Shown piece after piece: positions 13,012 through 26,736 of a stretch of DNA of 64,000 bases (its first letter is position 1; every line of letters begins with the position of its first letter). A model generated the notes under the pieces. The model worked only from the letters and a program-made list of their open reading frames with translations, did not search any database and was not told where the DNA came from. This stretch comes from Vicugna vicugna (lineage: Eukaryota). The stretch is taken from the NCBI GenBank assembly GCA_013265495.1, contig MU058781.1, positions 9,343,009 through 9,407,008 of the forward strand, given 5' to 3'. Both the position numbers and the translations under genes were made by a program.

Positions 13012-14100
13012 GTCTATATCAATCAGGATGCTTTTGGCTTCAAATAAGAAATGCTTAACTAATAGTAGCTTAAAAAGGGAAGACTTTTTATTTTACTTTA
13101 TGTTTTGGTTTCACCTTAAATAAATTTGATTAAGGGCTATTTCAAGACTTGGCAGCTCAGCAGTGTCACACGTGGTTCCTGGTTACCTGGCTTTCTTCTT
13201 CTGGTCCCGAGAGCTACTGCAGCTTCAGCCATCATGGTCCCACTTGGGAACCCAAGATAGTAGGAACTGAATCCATATACATATGGTGTGGGTTTTTTTG
13301 GTATATGTACAGAGTTGTGCAACCATGTGCACCATTTTTAGAACTTTTATCACCCCTGTGCCCATTTGCAGTCAGTTTCTGTTCTCACCTCCTGATCTTA
13401 GGCAACCAGTAATGTAAAAGTTTGCCTTTTCTGGAAAATTTCATAAATGGAATTATACAATAGTAGTCTTTTTGTCTGGCTTCTTTTGCTTACCCTAAAG
13501 TTTCTGAAGTTCCTCCGTATTGTAGCATGTATCAGTACTTTATTTTTTTTCTATGTTTTATTGTATGGTTAGACTGCATATTTCTGTCCATCAGATGCAG
13601 GGCCTGTGGGTTGTTTCCATTTTTTAGCTATCGTGAATAATGCTGCTAGGAACATTCATGCATAAGTTTTTGTGTGGACACCTGTTTTCATTTCTTTTGG
13701 GTAGATGTGTAGGAGTTGAATTGCTGTATTGCTTGGTAAATTTGTATTACACTTTTTGTGAAACTGCCAAACTGTTTTCCAAAGTGGTGACAGCACTTGG
13801 CAGGTTTGAGGGTTCTACTGGTAATGTAGGAGGGTTCCAGGCTCTCCATATCTCGATCCTTTATATCTTTTAAGGAAGGAGAAAAACTTTCAAAGTCCTT
13901 GAGAAGCGTTCCCAGGGTAACTAAAGAAGGCCTTGGTGAAAACTAGTCATTAACAAGGGGAATGCGTTTGCTCTGAGAAGTTCAGACTGATCAACCAGCA
14001 CCCAGGGCCTGCGAGTGGGCCCCTGATGTGTATCAGTGCACAGTGTCAGAACAAAATTGAAGGGGGATGGCTGGTACCGAGGTAACCTCGTGTGTCAGGC
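13012..14100 (-). mobile_element. Old MLT1-type LTR interrupted by an L1
   Basis: tcaggatgcttttggcttcaaataagaaa start; LTR-like sequence resumes after ~13865 (aaggggaatg...cagaacaaaattg). Confidence 0.5.
13283..13862 (-). mobile_element. L1M-type LINE 3' fragment
   Basis: cataaatggaattatacaa, tctggcttctttt, aatgctgctaggaacattcatg, gaaactgccaaactgttttccaaagtgg. Confidence 0.85.
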
Positions 14101-15164
14101 TGAGGATGTATTACTGATGTAAACATACAAAGTAGGGCCAACTGCTGTGTTTATATGACAATTACCATTTAAACAGTAGCCACAAACTCAAACAGAAATA
14201 GTCCATTCTGTTGGAATTCAGGTTATTCTCTGTTTATCATGTGGAGAATTTGTGGACATTAACCTGCCCAAACTAATAGCAGAACGAGTGTAGCCTTGGC
14301 GGCTGACCCTGTGGGCGGATGCATTCCTTTCCTCTGAAGCACATGTAACTTTTTTGGCATCCTAGTTTTTTTTTTTTTTTTTTAATAATCTTGGTTAAGG
14401 GTAAGCTAACAGCCACCAAATCCTGTCTTTATCCTTAAGATACAGGAAGATACTTAGACTGTGTTAAGTGTTGGACAATTTGGTGGCAACTTGAAAAAAA
14501 TTATTTGAACTTGGATAGAAAAAAAAAACACCCCACACAAGACTACACTTTCATAGTCCTATAGTTTTGTTAACTCTTTTAAATGTATCGTTTATTGGGA
14601 GGTTATGTCATACATTGGACAGATAAAAACCTGCTTTATGTGTAGGAAATTGATGCTACTCTGTGGGACAAAATCCAGAATACATGGGCCAGTCGAATGA
14701 TAGAGTTTCAAGTGATTCGTACTTGAAAGTCCCAGAACATCTGATGCAGAAAATTTGGTAATTAGAATGCATCAATAAGTAATTCTAATAATTTCGGCAA
14801 CTATAGGTAATTGTGGGGGAAAGTATGTTTGAAATTGATTTCTGTGACACTCCTGCTCTTAAAATTCTTTTCATCCCTTTCTCCAAATCTTAGAATAGGT
14901 ACCTCTGTAGACTATGATACCTCAACTTTTGTACTGTAGCTTTAATACTAACAATTCGAATTATACAGTGACTTTAAAAAATCCAAACAAAACCAGTAAT
15001 TCTCTTATAAGGAGTAATTTCATTCTAGAGATGGAGAAAGCCAAGAAGGGAAATTTAAGTTTCTTAATTATTGGTCTGAGTGGGTATAAAGCATACATCT
15101 AAAAATTCATAGTTCAGTACTCTATTTTTCAGAGAAGTAATAACCATTATAGAAACCTCAGACA

Positions 15165-15325
15165 TTTGTGCAGCAATATCTTTCACATCCTCTTATTTGA
15201 GTCCCACTTCAATCCCAAGGTAGTAGATGTTAGTGACAGTCTCATTTTCCAGGTGAAGGAATTGGGGTTCTTAGAAGTATCTGGCCCAAGTAACCAAACT
15301 GGCAAATGGAATATCACAAATCTGT
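15165..15325 (-). mobile_element. MIR SINE
   Basis: ctttcacatcc...ctcattttccaggtgaaggaattgggg matches reversed MIR. Confidence 0.65.
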
Positions 15326-18300
15326 TAATTTGGGGCCAGCCGTGTAAATAGAGACAAGAAATAATATCCCTTTGAGAGGCTCTGCTGAACCTGATAATTT
15401 TTCTACTTTTATGTTGATATGATTTGCTCTTATCCTGCAAGTTCTGCAAATATCTTTTGAGACCCAAACATTTAATCAGGCTTAAAAAGAGGACGGTCCG
15501 CTCTGCTGATGTTTTTAAATCCCTGAGAGATTGTGTTGCAAGGAGCAGGTGAGAAGCTGGCAAGCTGGTGAAATTAGTCGATGTTCAACAGTTTTACTTG
15601 TCAGATTTTAATGGGATGGTGTCATCATTTGTAATGCATTTTTATACCTTATTTTTAATGGACTATATAAATAATGAATATTATTTGCAATGTTCTGGAT
15701 TTTGCAAATGATGTATCAAAGGTGATACATAACAGTGTTCATAGAATCCTCTTTCTGTAGCCAAAGAAAAATGGATTTTGAATCTTTTCGTTTCATTTCT
15801 TCTTCAAGGAGGATGTCCAAGGAAGAGCTATGGGCAGGCTTACAATTCCTGAATCGAAAACCCTGAGTAGAGGACCTCCCTGTGACTTCACCTTGCTTTG
15901 TCCTTGGCCTCTGGTCTCTCTCTCTCCATGCATATGTGAAAAGGGACTCTGTGCGGTGACATAATCTTTATCCAAAGCCCTAGCTCCTATGCTTGGGTTG
16001 TCTGCTGCGGTAAGCAGCTGTTCTGGACTGTGATGAGGTCCTGGGGCCCCTTCTTGGGGCCTAGGCCGGAGGTGGACCTAAGCTACCTCGTCCATCCTTC
16101 TTTCCCTTGTCCCTGGGACTGGCCTTACTAGCCTTCTGGATCGTATAGCCCTCGTGGGGGGAAGGGACATCTCTAAAAGTCTAGAGCAAAACTGGGCCCA
16201 GCGGGAGGTGCTTTGCTTCCTTTCTCGTGGGTCTGGGTAGGTGCCCTGTTTGATGTTGGCCTTTCCATGGTATGGGAGTCTCTTTTGGGGGAGATTGGTA
16301 TACAATTTCTATATTTTATTGTATTCGTGTTTAAATTTCACCATTAAAGAGCATAAGTATATGCTGGCCTCATGTTCAGATTTTCAAAATGCAAAGATAA
16401 ATGGACCAACGGCTTTAAGGATGTGATGGATTAGACCCTGCAGAATATATTAAACAATTAGAGAATCTAGTGGGTGGTTAAATTCTGTCCTGTACACATT
16501 TACACAGTTAGTGGCATAAGGAAGCTCTAGGGACAGGAAAACAAACGTAAAGCTTTGGGTTGCAGGTGGAGGAAAAGCCTGCTCAGGGGTTGTGGGTGTC
16601 TTTCATTGGGAGACTTCCTGAAAAGCAGGGGTTTTTCAACAGTGGAAGGAAGAAGAGATCTTGAACCTCCCTCGACACTCCACACCAGAAGTTCTGTTGC
16701 CCACACTTTTTATGGCCCTCATTTTGTGTCCCAAAGGCTCATTTTGGCCAGGACTTACGTCTTCATGGCTCCTGTTTGGATTGAAGGGTGAACCCTTAGG
16801 TATTACCGTGAGCAGGCTGGGTTATTAGAGTCCACAACTGAGCCCCTTTCAATCCTTTCATTGGGATGCAAGTAAGATGCAGAAGAAAGAGGTTATCCCC
16901 AAACTCAGAGCAGAAAAAGCTGGGCAGTTCCTGGCTCTCACTTTGTGCGGTGACCCCATGTTTCCACCTTTCATTCTAGTTAGCCCTCACCTCAAGTTGA
17001 CTTTCTGGAGGGCTGTCCCTTCCTGTCTACATCCTTCCTCTGGAAAAATCTCACAGTATTAGCACATCCAGGATGCTAGCTCCAAATGGTGGATCAGTGA
17101 AGAATGAGAGCCCATTAGGGGGCGGCACAATTAATTAAATATATGTCAACCCTGCTGGAACACTTCCTACTGTGTTTGACCTCAGTGATTAGAATAAAGG
17201 GAAGGTAATAACAAAAAATTACTAGCCCATGTTTCCAGCTTCTTTTGTATTCTGCAGGTTAGTATAGTTAAAAGAATAAATAAAAGGCACTTGTTTTCAT
17301 TCTGTCTTTGGGATAAATAAACCATGGTTCTATCATGATACATTTTCAGCTTTTGTCTCAGTGGGGAATGCAGGTGAAAGTTCCTGGAATGTTTTTTCTT
17401 CAAAACTTTCTGTTAAATTCTGCCTGACTCTGCAGCCAAATTCCAAATTCTCATTTGACTGTAATGATTATATTAGTATACCTAAATATATTGCGTAGGC
17501 TTTTAGCCAAATGGCTGTAAGAATATATTTGAGATGCAAGCAAGCAAGATCAAGAAGCATCGCGTTATCATTATTCTACTGCCAAATCCTTGCTGTGTGG
17601 AGTGGCCTCCTGAGTTCCCACAGTGTGTGCATTCTGAGGCTTCCAGAGCCAGGGATGGGTTTGGCTAACTCTGGCTTGATAGTCAGATCACCTTTGGAAC
17701 ATAGAGGGGAATCCAGGTGCCCAGAAAAGGGGCACAGATTCTGAGCATCTTGTGACTCCCATCTTATTCTCTGACTCCTGGCTCTGCATCAAGTTTAATT
17801 CTTACTCACCTGCTGATTCAACTTTCTTACGCAAATTCCATGACTTGGTGCACAGATTCAAATCGTTTGTCTTTGCATATCCTGGCCATTTGTGCTCCTC
17901 AGTGGTTTTGTCACTGGCCTTAACTCTGCCTGGTCCTATCCTGCCACTGCTTCTTGTCCTTGGTGCCCACCTCCTTTAGACCTCAGTCCTCAGGGCTGGT
18001 CAATTTCAGTGGCTCCTGGCCAACCCTGGACATCTCAGGCTCTAACTCCTGTTCTTATTGGGTCCTAATAGTCTGCTTTAAAAAAAAAGTAATCTAGCAT
18101 ATTTTCCAAATCAGAACTGTCTATTTGCTATCACTTTTGCCTTTTCCCAGGGCGTTGCACTGATCCATAGACCAAAAATGACATCTCCAAAGTGTGGTGA
18201 AATACAGAGCCTCTCAATCATCTAAAAAGAATTAAGCTGTGCTAAGTACCATTTCTATGGCAAATGTATCCGAGTGTTCTGAGTCTTTGAAAACTGGTGA

Positions 18301-18829
18301 TGGGGGAATCCTATATGTAGTGGTCCTTTATTAACCAGACTATTTGATGAATCCACACAAGGAATTGTAACAAACTAGCTGAAACAGGTTAGCCTTGCTG
18401 GAAGACCTTCTGGAGTGATGAATAAGAGTAGGGCATTTTGTTTTCATTTACTCATTTACCCAGAATGAGCAGTATTTAATTCTGAGCTTAATTTACAAGC
18501 AGCTGTTGACTGAAACTCTGTTGCTAGTAAAACTGGATGCTTCAGAAAGGAGAATTGGATGCCTGGGTCCAGTGGAAGGAAGGATAATTTATTTTCATGG
18601 CATATTCTTGTATATCATTTGAATTTTGAACTATGTGACTGTATTTCACCCAGTTGAAACAGGAGGATAAAAGGAAAAAAAAGGAAGAGAGGGAGGGAGA
18701 GAAGGAGGAAGGAAAGAAACTAATACAGGAAACAGTACATCAATTAAGTAATATTCCTAAGTCATGTGCTTATATGAAGCACTTTGCAAGGCCCTTGGGA
18801 GATGAAAGTGTAGACTGGAAGGAACTCTT

Positions 18830-18985
18830 CAGAGATGACTATATGCTGGTCTTTAGGGAAATGATTCCTCTAAACCTGTCAACCACCTCATAAGAGAGGC
18901 ACTGTTATCCACATCTTGCAAGTGAGGAAATGGAAGCTATTAGCGGTAGAGCTGGGAGTTGGACCCAGGTGTGTCTGGGTCCACA
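18830..18985 (-). mobile_element. MIR SINE fragment
   Basis: actgttatccacatcttgcaagtgaggaaatgga...gagctgggagttggacccagg. Confidence 0.6.
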
Positions 18986-18998
18986 CACTGCGCCGTGC

Positions 18999-19357
18999 TG
19001 TCTATTGCTTGGGTTGCTGTAACAAAATACTGCAGACCGTGTGGCTTAAATACCAGACGTTTATTTCTCACAGTTCTGGAGGCGGGCAAGTTCAATATCA
19101 TGGTGTGGGCACGTTCGGTGTCTGGTAAGGGCCCTCTTCCTGTTTTGCTGGCAACTGCTTTCTTGCTGTATCCTCACTTGGTGGAGAGAGATCTCTGGGC
19201 TCTTCATCTCCTTACAACAGAACCAGTCTCATCGTGGGGCCTCCACCCATTCAAATCCAATTACCTCCCAAAGGCCTCACCTCCAAATACCATCACATTG
19301 GAGACTGGGGTTTCAATGTATACTTTTTTGGAGAGACACAAACATTCAATCTGTTGC
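18999..19357 (-). mobile_element. MaLR solo LTR (MLT1A-like)
   Basis: gctgtaacaaaatac, tttatttctcacagttctggaggc, ttacctcccaaaggcctcacctccaaataccatcacattgg. Confidence 0.88.
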
Positions 19358-20543
19358 TTGCCTCTCCAGCAAAGATGTAGCATAGGGATCTGCAAATAGT
19401 CTCAGTATCAACTCCCTGCTCAAAATTGACTTTGAGCAAAATTGTCATTTAGGGGAAATTTGACTGCTACTGTCTGCTCTTCCCATTTTTTCAACCTCCT
19501 TTTCTCCTTTTGCCAATTTGTCTCTTTCTCTTTGTCCTCTTTCCTTTTCTGGATCATCCAGAGCCATTGAATCTCTGAAGATGTTATTCCTTCCATCAAT
19601 CCATCCACCTTGCTTCCACCATACCTTCCACATGTAAGGACTGGACCAGATGCTGGAGATACAAAATTGAGCAAAAACGGACATGGTTCCTGCCATCATG
19701 CAGCTTAAGAGGAAAAGAGGCATCTGTGTCTGAATATGTTTGGAGAACTCTACACACTGTGAAGCCCTTTTTGGAGGCTCGGCAAGCCCTCTAAACACAC
19801 TGAGATGCCCAGTGGTTAGAGTTTCACTTCTTTTTTGAATATGGAATCATGCCCCCTCTGATTTTTTATTTTGTTTTAGTTTTTTTTAATACTCAAAGAA
19901 CATTCATTAACAAAACACCACAGAACTAATCTTTTGACAAATATATGTTTTGGAAATAATGAATCTAAAGGTTTCTTTCGTGAAGATTCAGTAAGTCCAC
20001 GGTTTAATGTGTAATCACTACAAAATAATATTTGAATTGAAATGGTGGGCTTTAGTCCAGAGAAGAAATGTGAGGAATTTTAGGCATTGTGATATGTCCC
20101 GGAAGGTAATCATTTGGGGCAACAGGAACCTTTCTGTGTCCCTCAGGTCATGTAAGGTGGTTGCTCACTACAGCTGTGAAAAGATTAACCCTAAAGCAAA
20201 CAACAACAATAAAAACAAAAAGGACAACAAAAGAACTGTACCACATTGTAACGGGGTGGGAAACTTGGAGTGAGTGCAGTAGAATAAAGATGAGGCAAGC
20301 AAGAGACCATTAAGAACAGCCAGGATAATAATACTGGAGGGCTGAGAGCAGCCCTTCAGAAGCTCACGAAGTCATCTGAGGGTATGTGAGAGAAGATTAG
20401 CAGAGCCTCACCCAGTCCCAGGAGAACCATCCCAGTCAGGCAGCCTGGACCATATTCCCTGAACTCAGGCAGAAAGTTTGCTGATGCCACCCAGTTTACC
20501 ACCTCTTAATGCTGCTTTGCTTGGTTTTTGGTCACTTCAGTTT

Positions 20544-21002
20544 GATGGCTGGGAGTCCTGCCTCCCAAACAGATAGGTCCTAATAACTGGAATGTGTAAA
20601 TATCACCATAGGAAAAAAATGGTCTTTGCAGATGTGATTAAGTTAAGGATCTTGGCGTGAGGTGATTGTCTTGGGTTATCTGGGTGACCCTAAATCCAAT
20701 TGTAAATGTCCTTCTAAGACAGAGGCAGAAGATCATCCCCATGGAGCAGAGCAGGAGGTGATGTGAAGATGGTGGCAGAGGTTAGAGTAATTGGGCCACA
20801 GTGCAAGAAATGGCAGCAGCCACCCCAAGCTAGAAGAGACAAGGTGTAGATTCTCCCCCGGAGCCTGCGAAGGCTCCTGTCATGGCCCTGTCAATACCTT
20901 GAGTTTGGACATACGGCTTCCAGAATCATGAGAGAGAAATTTCCATGGATTTAAGCCATGGAATTTGTGATAATTTGTTACTGCAACCCTAGGACACTAA
21001 TA
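20544..21002 (+). mobile_element. MaLR solo LTR (MLT1C/D-like)
   Basis: gtctttgcagatgtgattaagttaaggatctt, aagctagaagagacaagg, tttgttactgcaaccctaggacactaata. Confidence 0.88.
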
Positions 21003-22671
21003 AAGGCTGTAAACCTCTGAGGGCCAGGCAATGTCTTCTCCTCTGTACTGGACTTCTACTCAGTATTCCGAGGTATGCACCTAATGGGCACTCAAATACT
21101 CAAGTACCTGAACTGACTTCTTCACTGGTTCAGCCATTCAGAACCTCAAGACTTGTATTTAAAATTTTATTGGAAGAGAAGTGAGCCCAGCAAGATCTGG
21201 CTATTCATTTGCAAAAGAAGACGTTAATACCCCCGAGGCTTAGTCTCTTGCGAGTTTATTGCATCTTAAAGCTTGGATTTACACTGCCTTTTAATGTAGC
21301 AATTCTTTTGCTGGAATATTAATAATACCACCAAGAAGACTTCATCTAGCAGAGTAAGAAAAGCGAGTCATTCCAGGCAATCGTTTGACATCTTAATTAG
21401 ATACTACCTTGGTGCTGGCTTTTTCTTCTTTAGCACTGACAATATCTAAGTGACAGTGTTCTGGGATTTCTGGTTCAAACACAGAATGTCTTCTGCTCAA
21501 ATCTTCCATGAAATGTCATTTTGAAACGATGAGCTTGGTTCTTATTCAAGCAGAACCCTTTGTGTATTTACTGGGACTTTAGTTGAATGGACTGCGGGAT
21601 GGTGTTCTTTGGGAAATATACAGTTTGTTTTTACATATGGAGACACTGTAGAAAAGAATCTGGAATCTTGACTCAGTAGGCTGGCCTGGGGGTGAACATT
21701 GTTCTCAATATTCAGTGGCATTTCTTTGTTGTTCTTCCGTAGGGAAACAGGGTTTCCTCTAAGACTGTTCCTCTAGGATCTCAATTACGTTATAAAGCCA
21801 GGTAGGAGTTAAAATAAATTGCTAGAACATCTAACCATATTATTAAACTAATGGGAAAGGAAAGGCAAATTGCACACCATACAGCATCGTGGAACATGTT
21901 GGTTTTGTGTCCGTTGATATGTACAGTGTAGGTAGTAGTTTCTTTACAGACTTACTGTAAGATTCATTTTTTAAAGCACTTACATCATTGCCTGATGCCA
22001 CACAGAAATGTTAATACACTCTTTGACTTCTTTAGTCACTTTCATTGTTTTTAGTAAGAAAGTCTAGCAGATAATTACAATAGTGTGACTAAAGTGAAAT
22101 TCAGTTCATCCCCACCTTGGCTATGCAGGTGGGGTGAGAAGTAGATTTGAAAGAGATCCTTGTTCTCCCTTGGATTGAATGTGCATTTTCTTGATTATGT
22201 TAACTTCTGATTGAGGCTGAAATTGACATCGGACTGTTTTAGCTTTAGGTCACCCCACCCCACGTGTCCAATTAATGAAATCCTTTAATCATTGTTGGCA
22301 CCATCCTCATCTCTATCTGCTGTATTTTAAATATGCTCCAAATATGCCATTTAATTTTTACTAATAGCTACAGCCTTATCACTGAAGTATTAAGTGGTGT
22401 GATGGGAACCTTGCCTGAAAGGTCCCTTACGAAATTCCCAAAAGACAGGTCCGTGGATCAGACTTTGTATTATTTTGCCAAGGACATAGCAGTTGCTCAG
22501 TAAATAATTATTTACCTGAATGAGTTAATGATTGAATAATGATTAAAATCCATATGTTTTGGTGCCAGCAAAGCTTTCTCTAGTAAATTAGGTGTCATGG
22601 GCTCACGTATCAACCTTGTAACTCATCTTGTGGTGGGGATGAGCACAGAAGGGTATTCTTAACAGTTTATG

Positions 22672-22987
22672 CAGTGCTGTCCAAGAGAAATAGAATGCAA
22701 GTCACAGAAGTGACCCACGTAGGCAATTTTAAATTTTCTAATAGCCCCATTAAAAAAGGGAAAAGAAACTAATGAAATTCTTTTTGTGACATATTTTAAC
22801 TCAGTAAGTTGAGCATATAATTTCAACATGTAATCAAAATAAACATTATTAATGAGATATTTTACCTTCTTTAGTCTTGGCAGTCCTATGTGTATTTGAG
22901 CTTGGAATACATCTTAAATTGGCTTTGCCTGGTTTCAAGTGCTCAAAAGCCACATGTGGCTAGTGGCTACCATATTGGATAGCGCAT
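22672..22987. mobile_element. hAT-Charlie non-autonomous DNA transposon (MER33-like)
   Basis: Terminal inverted repeats cagtgctgtccaa / ttggatagcgca, internal agccacatgtggctagtggctac motif, length ~315 bp. Confidence 0.82.
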
Positions 22988-23214
22988 GTGTATACCATCT
23001 GGAGGCTCCTATTTTAAGTAATTATTCTTGCTAACTAGATGTAAAATTCGGATTTTATAAGCTATTGAGTGGAGTACATGTATAGTCCTGTCAATGAACT
23101 GATAGAAAAGTTGTATCAGCTGTGCAACTGAAACAGAATTGTGCAGCTCAGACAAAATTTACAAAAAAAAATTCGTCATTTAGAAATTGGTTAAAATGTG
23201 CAATGCTTTGTAAA

Positions 23215-23415
23215 TTTTGGGGTTCATAGCCAAGCTTCTATTGCTCTGAGCTTTTATCTGTGTTATATAGTGGAGCAAAGTTACTTATCTTCTCAAGCCC
23301 CAGCTTCCTCTTCTGTAAAATGAGGATAATATTTATCTTAAGGTGTAGTGTCAACATTTGCAAAGGATTCAATGCTGAAGGTTTGAGTACTCACTAGCTG
23401 GAATTAGTTCTTATT
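23215..23415 (+). mobile_element. MIR SINE fragment
   Basis: agcaaagttacttatcttctcaagccccagcttcctcttctgtaaaatgaggataata. Confidence 0.7.
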
Positions 23416-23603
23416 TAGAATTTTCTTTTGTACACAAAACTCCAGGGAAGAATGGGTGATTTCTCCCCTATATTTGCGATTCTTTCCATATTACTTCTTT
23501 CCAAAGTCAACTCCTCTTTATGGCAAGAACTTGTTGTGATTATTTAATGAGTATAAGATAACTGACATTTTTGTTTAAATTGGTTCCACATGGGCTTCTC
23601 CAG

Positions 23604-23665
23604 GTAGCTCCTCTACAGAGGGCTGTGGAGAAAATGCCAAGAAAATACAAGGCTGGCATTTACAG
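23604..23665 (+). other. Candidate small internal exon (62 nt, or 47 nt from 23619)
   Basis: Acceptor cttctccag| at 23603 (alternative ctcctctacag| at 23618), strong donor CAG|GTAAGA at 23666, purine-rich body, non-repetitive context. Confidence 0.45.
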
Positions 23666-25729
23666 GTAAGAAAACTTGGGAGACTCTTAGCTGACTTTCT
23701 TGAGCTAGTGAACTGAATTTGGAGCCTCCATGAGTGCATTTCCATTAAACATATACCAAGTCAAAATTTATTATCCAGTGGGGAAAGGTGATCATGGTAG
23801 GGAATTAATTACAGACACATCTAGACTGTTCATTCTCCATAAGACCTATTGCATCCTCTGTACTTTTCTGATTTTATACATTTAGGGAATATGAAATGCA
23901 TGCCAGGAAAATGTTCTAAGCCATTGTTTGTTTACCTTGCTTCGGGTGAGGGTGAAACAAATAGTAAGAGATTACTGGAGATAATTACTAACATTTCTTC
24001 TAGCATCCTGCCAGAGCTCATCTCAGCTTGGTCAAACACTTGTTTTCTAGTTTTTAAATGATGTAAATATGTTTGGAGTGTAGGAATTTCCTCTGGTACT
24101 TACTAAGAATTTTCTCATAAGTACCTTTATTTAAATGTAGCCACTGATTCTAAGTAAGATGATCTTCATGGTAAAGTGTGGATGATAACTATAATTCTGT
24201 TCTTGGGAATCCACAATCAGTTCCCTATTACTTTCACTAATTAAGTATTGTTCTGATCTTCCTTTAATTGTGGGAAAACACTTATCAAGGGAAGGATATA
24301 TAATTTCAACAATATTTGACAAAATCCTGATAGACTTAGGGAGAATATTATTATTGAGGCCGATGTTGATTAAGATTCTTGTATTTTCAATTTTTTTTCC
24401 ACTTGGAAAAAACCCCACAAAACCTTTGTCTGGCTGATATCAAATCATGGCCCCCAAACTGCTGGACTTTGGAAAAAAATTGTTAACTCTGGTTAAAAAC
24501 AGAGCTCTAAAATGTCTTAGTAACAGCAACATACCTTTGCTAAATACTGTATTTTCTAATAAATACATAAATTCAATGCTTTTTTTTTGCTTTTCATATT
24601 TATGTTAAGTTGAAAAAATATACATAAAAATACACAAAATGGACCTTGCATTTTTTTATGTTGCACAACATGAATGACTGTTTAGTTGAAATAGATATTC
24701 ACTTAAATGGAAAATATAGCATTTCTCTTAGCATTTCTTTTAAAATGTTGCTGTTGAAATATTTGGGTACTAATGATGGTGAATCTAGATCATTGAAGGC
24801 AATGATTTTCCTTTTCTCTGAATCGTTGATTATAAAAACCACCTATTTGGCTTATTTTTGAATAGGTGAAACTTGGCAAACCTAATGTTTGTTTTTGGGT
24901 TTTTTTTGAGGGAAATCAGTCTGAAGATCTCTTTGATTGTGAGGTCAAGGGCATTTGACCTCTTCTGATCTTTTCTTTGACATAGCCCACCTTAATGGAA
25001 ATGTTGGAGACTCTTCTCCGAGACAGAATAAATTCTGCCTGATTTTGCACTGCACTTTATCCTGGGTAGAAAGCTCACAGAAAGGGAACCATCTCTGCAG
25101 AAGTTTCCGTACAAGTTGTGTCCTTGTAGTATTGAAGGGGTGGAGCAGATAGGTACATAGTTCCCCTCCTGTGAAAGTAAGATAATTACGCTGCAGTGTT
25201 CCTGAGTCAGGAAGCAGTTACAAAGCTCTAGATATCATATATAGCTTAAGGAAAATGAGGCTGTTTATTGAAGGGGGAAAAGAATAAGGAGAAGCAAAGA
25301 GCTGGTGAATTGGAAATAGAAATATTTGTTTTTCCTATATCTCCTTGCAAATCTGGTTTTTCCTTTATTTTGTTTGTAAAGAAACCTAATAGGTGTGTGA
25401 GTCATTGCTTCATCTTGTGATTGTGCTTTTGAAACCTTTGTTTCAGCTTTGTTATGACAATCGTTGGAAATAGAGTGATTTTCCTCCTTGGACCTGTGCT
25501 CTCTTAATCACTTGATAAGAAACTTCTCATCGTCAAAGGAGCCCAGAGGCAGGTCTAGCTAATAGTTTTGAACCTAGGAAATATTTATTATATGAAATAT
25601 TGTTCAGCTGAAGGGTTAGCAGGGAATCCCTGGATAAGATAGCTTTCTTCATGGTAAGAAGAAAATGTAGCTCAGTTACTTTTCTAGAGAGCTTTTTTGT
25701 TTCTATTTTCTGATAACTGTTCTTAGATT

Positions 25730-26726
25730 ATATAAGCAGCTTATACGACATAATAAGAAAAAAAAAACAACCCAATCCAAAAATGGGCAGAAGACCTAAA
25801 CAAGCAATTCTCCAAGGAAGACATACAAATGATCAATAGGCACATGAAAAAATACTGAATATCACTAATTATCAGAGAAAAGAAAATCACAACTATGATG
25901 AGATATCATCTCACACCAGTCAGAATGGCCATCATTCAAAAGTCCACAGATGACAAATGCTGAAGACGCTGTGGAGAAAAGGGAACCCTCCTACACTGCT
26001 GGTGGGAATGCAGTTTGGTGCAGCCACTGTGGAAAACAGTATGGAGATTCCTCAAAAGACTAGGAATAGACTTACCGTATGACCCAGGAATCCCACTCCT
26101 GGGCATAAATCCAGAAGGAACCCTACTTCAAAAAGACACCTGCTCCCCAATGTTCATAACAGCACTATTTACAATAGCCAAGACATGGAAACAGCCTAAA
26201 TGTCCATCAACAGATGACTGGATAAAGAACAGTTGGTATATTTATATAATGGAATACTATTCAGCCCTAAAAATGACAACATAATGCCATTTGCAGCAAC
26301 ATGGATGTTCCTGGAAAATGTCATTCTAGGTGAAGTAAGCCAGAAAGAGAAAGAAAAATGCCATATGAGATCACTCATATGTGAAATCTAAAAAAAAAAA
26401 GAGAAAAAGAACATAAATATAAAACAGAAACAGACTCATAGACATAGAATACAAACTTGTGGTTGCCAAGAGGGAGGGGGGTGGGAAGGGACAGACTGGG
26501 ATTTCAAAATTTGTAGATACTGACAGACATATGCAGAATAGATAAACAAGATTATACTGTGTAGCACAGGGAAATATATACAAGATCTTTTGGTAGCTCA
26601 CAGCAAAAAAGAAATGTGACAATGAATATATATATGTTCATGTATAACTGAAAAATTGTGCTCTTCACGGGAATTTGACACAACATTGTAAAATGACTAT
26701 AACTCAATAAAAAATGTAAAAAAAAA
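25730..26726 (+). mobile_element. 5'-truncated young L1 (ORF2 C-terminus, 3'UTR, polyA)
   Basis: ORF 26015-26284 ([30 protein letters not shown]...ALFTIAKTWKQPKCPS) is the L1 ORF2 C-terminus, disrupted by stops and frameshifts. AATAAA at 26706 followed by an A tail. Confidence 0.95.
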
Positions 26727-26736
26727 TTCACTTTTT

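Noticed and set aside
26015..26284. 89-aa ORF with clear protein similarity
   Set aside because: It is a remnant of L1 ORF2 in a truncated, disrupted element, not a host gene. The same applies to ORFs at 50240-50594, 51528-51914 and 61598-61958.
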